NCBI GenBank assembly: GCA_047972985.1
Contig: JBKEBG010000115.1
Coordinates: 1 to 24,000, forward strand
Direction: 5' to 3'
DNA: 24,000 nt
From: Arachnia sp.
GTDB lineage: Bacteria; Actinomycetota; Actinomycetes; Propionibacteriales; Propionibacteriaceae
The position numbers and the translations under genes are program-made. Under the pieces are notes generated by a model that was given only the letters and a program-made list of their open reading frames with translations, ran no database searches and was not told the DNA's origin. Shown piece after piece: positions 23,421 to 24,000 of this stretch; position 1 is the first letter of the stretch; every line of letters begins with the position of its first letter.

Positions 23421-23426
23421 AGTCTA
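23421..23426 (-). promoter_or_regulatory. -10-like hexamer TAGACT, 6 nt upstream of ATG 23414 (candidate leaderless promoter of the PRTase gene)
   Basis: Minus strand reads TAGACT-ggcgcg-ATG with no SD. Confidence 0.4.
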
Positions 23427-23528
23427 GGGCCTTTGACCAGTCAGGCCCACCAAATGCCTCTTGGTGACCCCACATTCGGCGTGCGTGGCACCCTCGACGG
23501 CTACTGTGAAGCAAAGGAGGTGACTACT

Positions 23529-24000
23529 GTGGCCGACGACTGGGCAGACGACACCCGCGCCCTTGCCCGCCTACCCCCAGTCGTGGCGATCCGCGACCTT
23601 TCAAAGGTGTATCGCGTAGGCAATTCCCGCGTTGTCGCACTCAATCGAGTCAACCTCGATTTCACCCCGGGGAGCTTTACCGCGATCGTCGGAACCTCAG
23701 GTTCGGGCAAATCGACGCTGCTGAACATGATTGCGGGTTTGGAACGACCGACCGCAGGCCAGATCGTATGCGCCGGGCTGGCCCTCCACGACATGACGGA
23801 AGACCAGCTCGTCACCTATCGCCGCAAGCACGTTGGTTTCATTTTCCAATCGTTCAATCTCCTCCCGGCGCTCACCGCCGTGCAAAACGTCGCATTGCCG
23901 CTGGCCTTTCGCGGCTACCCGAAGCGGGTACGCAATGCCCACGCCAGGTCGATCTTGCTGCAGTTGGGGCTAGAGCACCATCTGCACCACACACCCGCCC
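23529..24000 (+). CDS. ABC transporter ATP-binding protein (MacB/LolD/FtsE-like), 5' partial and running off the window
   Basis: Not in the ORF track because it has no stop inside the window. GTG 23529 sits 8 nt after AGGAGG. Translation is VADDWADDTRALARLPPVVAIRDLSKVYRVGNSRVVALNRVNLDFTPGSFTAIVGTSGSGKSTLLNMIAGLERPTAGQI..FIFQSFNLLPALTAVQNVALPL, with Walker A and the Q-loop present. Confidence 0.85.
   Translation, partial: MADDWADDTRALARLPPVVAIRDLSKVYRVGNSRVVALNRVNLDFTPGSFTAIVGTSGSGKSTLLNMIAGLERPTAGQIVCAGLALHDMTEDQLVTYRRKHVGFIFQSFNLLPALTAVQNVALPLAFRGYPKRVRNAHARSILLQLGLEHHLHHTPA

Noticed and set aside
1-24000. Search for CRISPR arrays, tRNA/rRNA genes, IS elements, integrases, toxin-antitoxin pairs and known defence-system signatures
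   Set aside because: - I saw no regularly spaced direct repeats and no cloverleaf-compatible intergenic segment; all intergenic gaps are under 180 bp except 7341-7800.
- I saw no transposase, recombinase or nuclease-NTPase combinations and no compositional break.
- This was judged by eye only. A tRNAscan, Infernal or repeat-finder run would be needed to be definitive.

Overview
High-GC (by eye about two-thirds G+C, not computed), densely coding chromosomal segment. Gene content points to Actinomycetota: CarD, a SenX3/RegX3-like two-component pair, DUF4349, an NRDE-family protein and a CSD-less RNB nuclease. I cannot resolve the genus from sequence alone.

I support about 24 protein-coding genes, read left to right:
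- partial 3' end of an unknown CDS
- DUF4349 lipoprotein
- RNB exoribonuclease, translationally coupled to a COG1579 zinc-ribbon/coiled-coil protein
- aminopeptidase P
- DUF1801 protein
- CoaBC
- NRDE/TANGO2-like protein
- about 430 bp of unassigned sequence
- 6-phosphogluconate dehydrogenase
- alpha/beta hydrolase
- YflT-like stress membrane protein
- DUF2207 membrane protein
- membrane-anchored neutral zinc metallopeptidase with a P/G/Q-rich tail
- CarD
- a lipoprotein
- RegX3-like response regulator and SenX3-like kinase
- MFS transporter
- SppA (67K type)
- transketolase
- GbsR/MarR regulator
- Gpt-like phosphoribosyltransferase
- 5' part of an ABC ATPase

I saw no rRNA, tRNA, CRISPR array, transposase, integrase or compositional island. 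This looks like core genome rather than an accessory region, and I did not find a clear novel multi-gene system.

The leads most worth following are:
1. the coupled zinc-ribbon plus CSD-less RNB nuclease pair, whose RNB motif I has Asp replaced by Gln;
2. the head-to-head coaBC / NRDE(TANGO2-like) arrangement;
3. a recurrent TANNNT + 6-7 nt + start-codon signature (leaderless mRNAs) at seven genes;
4. two strong palindromes between tkt and the divergent GbsR/MarR regulator;
5. the unassigned 430-bp stretch upstream of gnd, where the coding-like periodicity changes frame.

Many long ORFs in the six-frame track are antisense or out-of-frame artefacts of high GC and were rejected.
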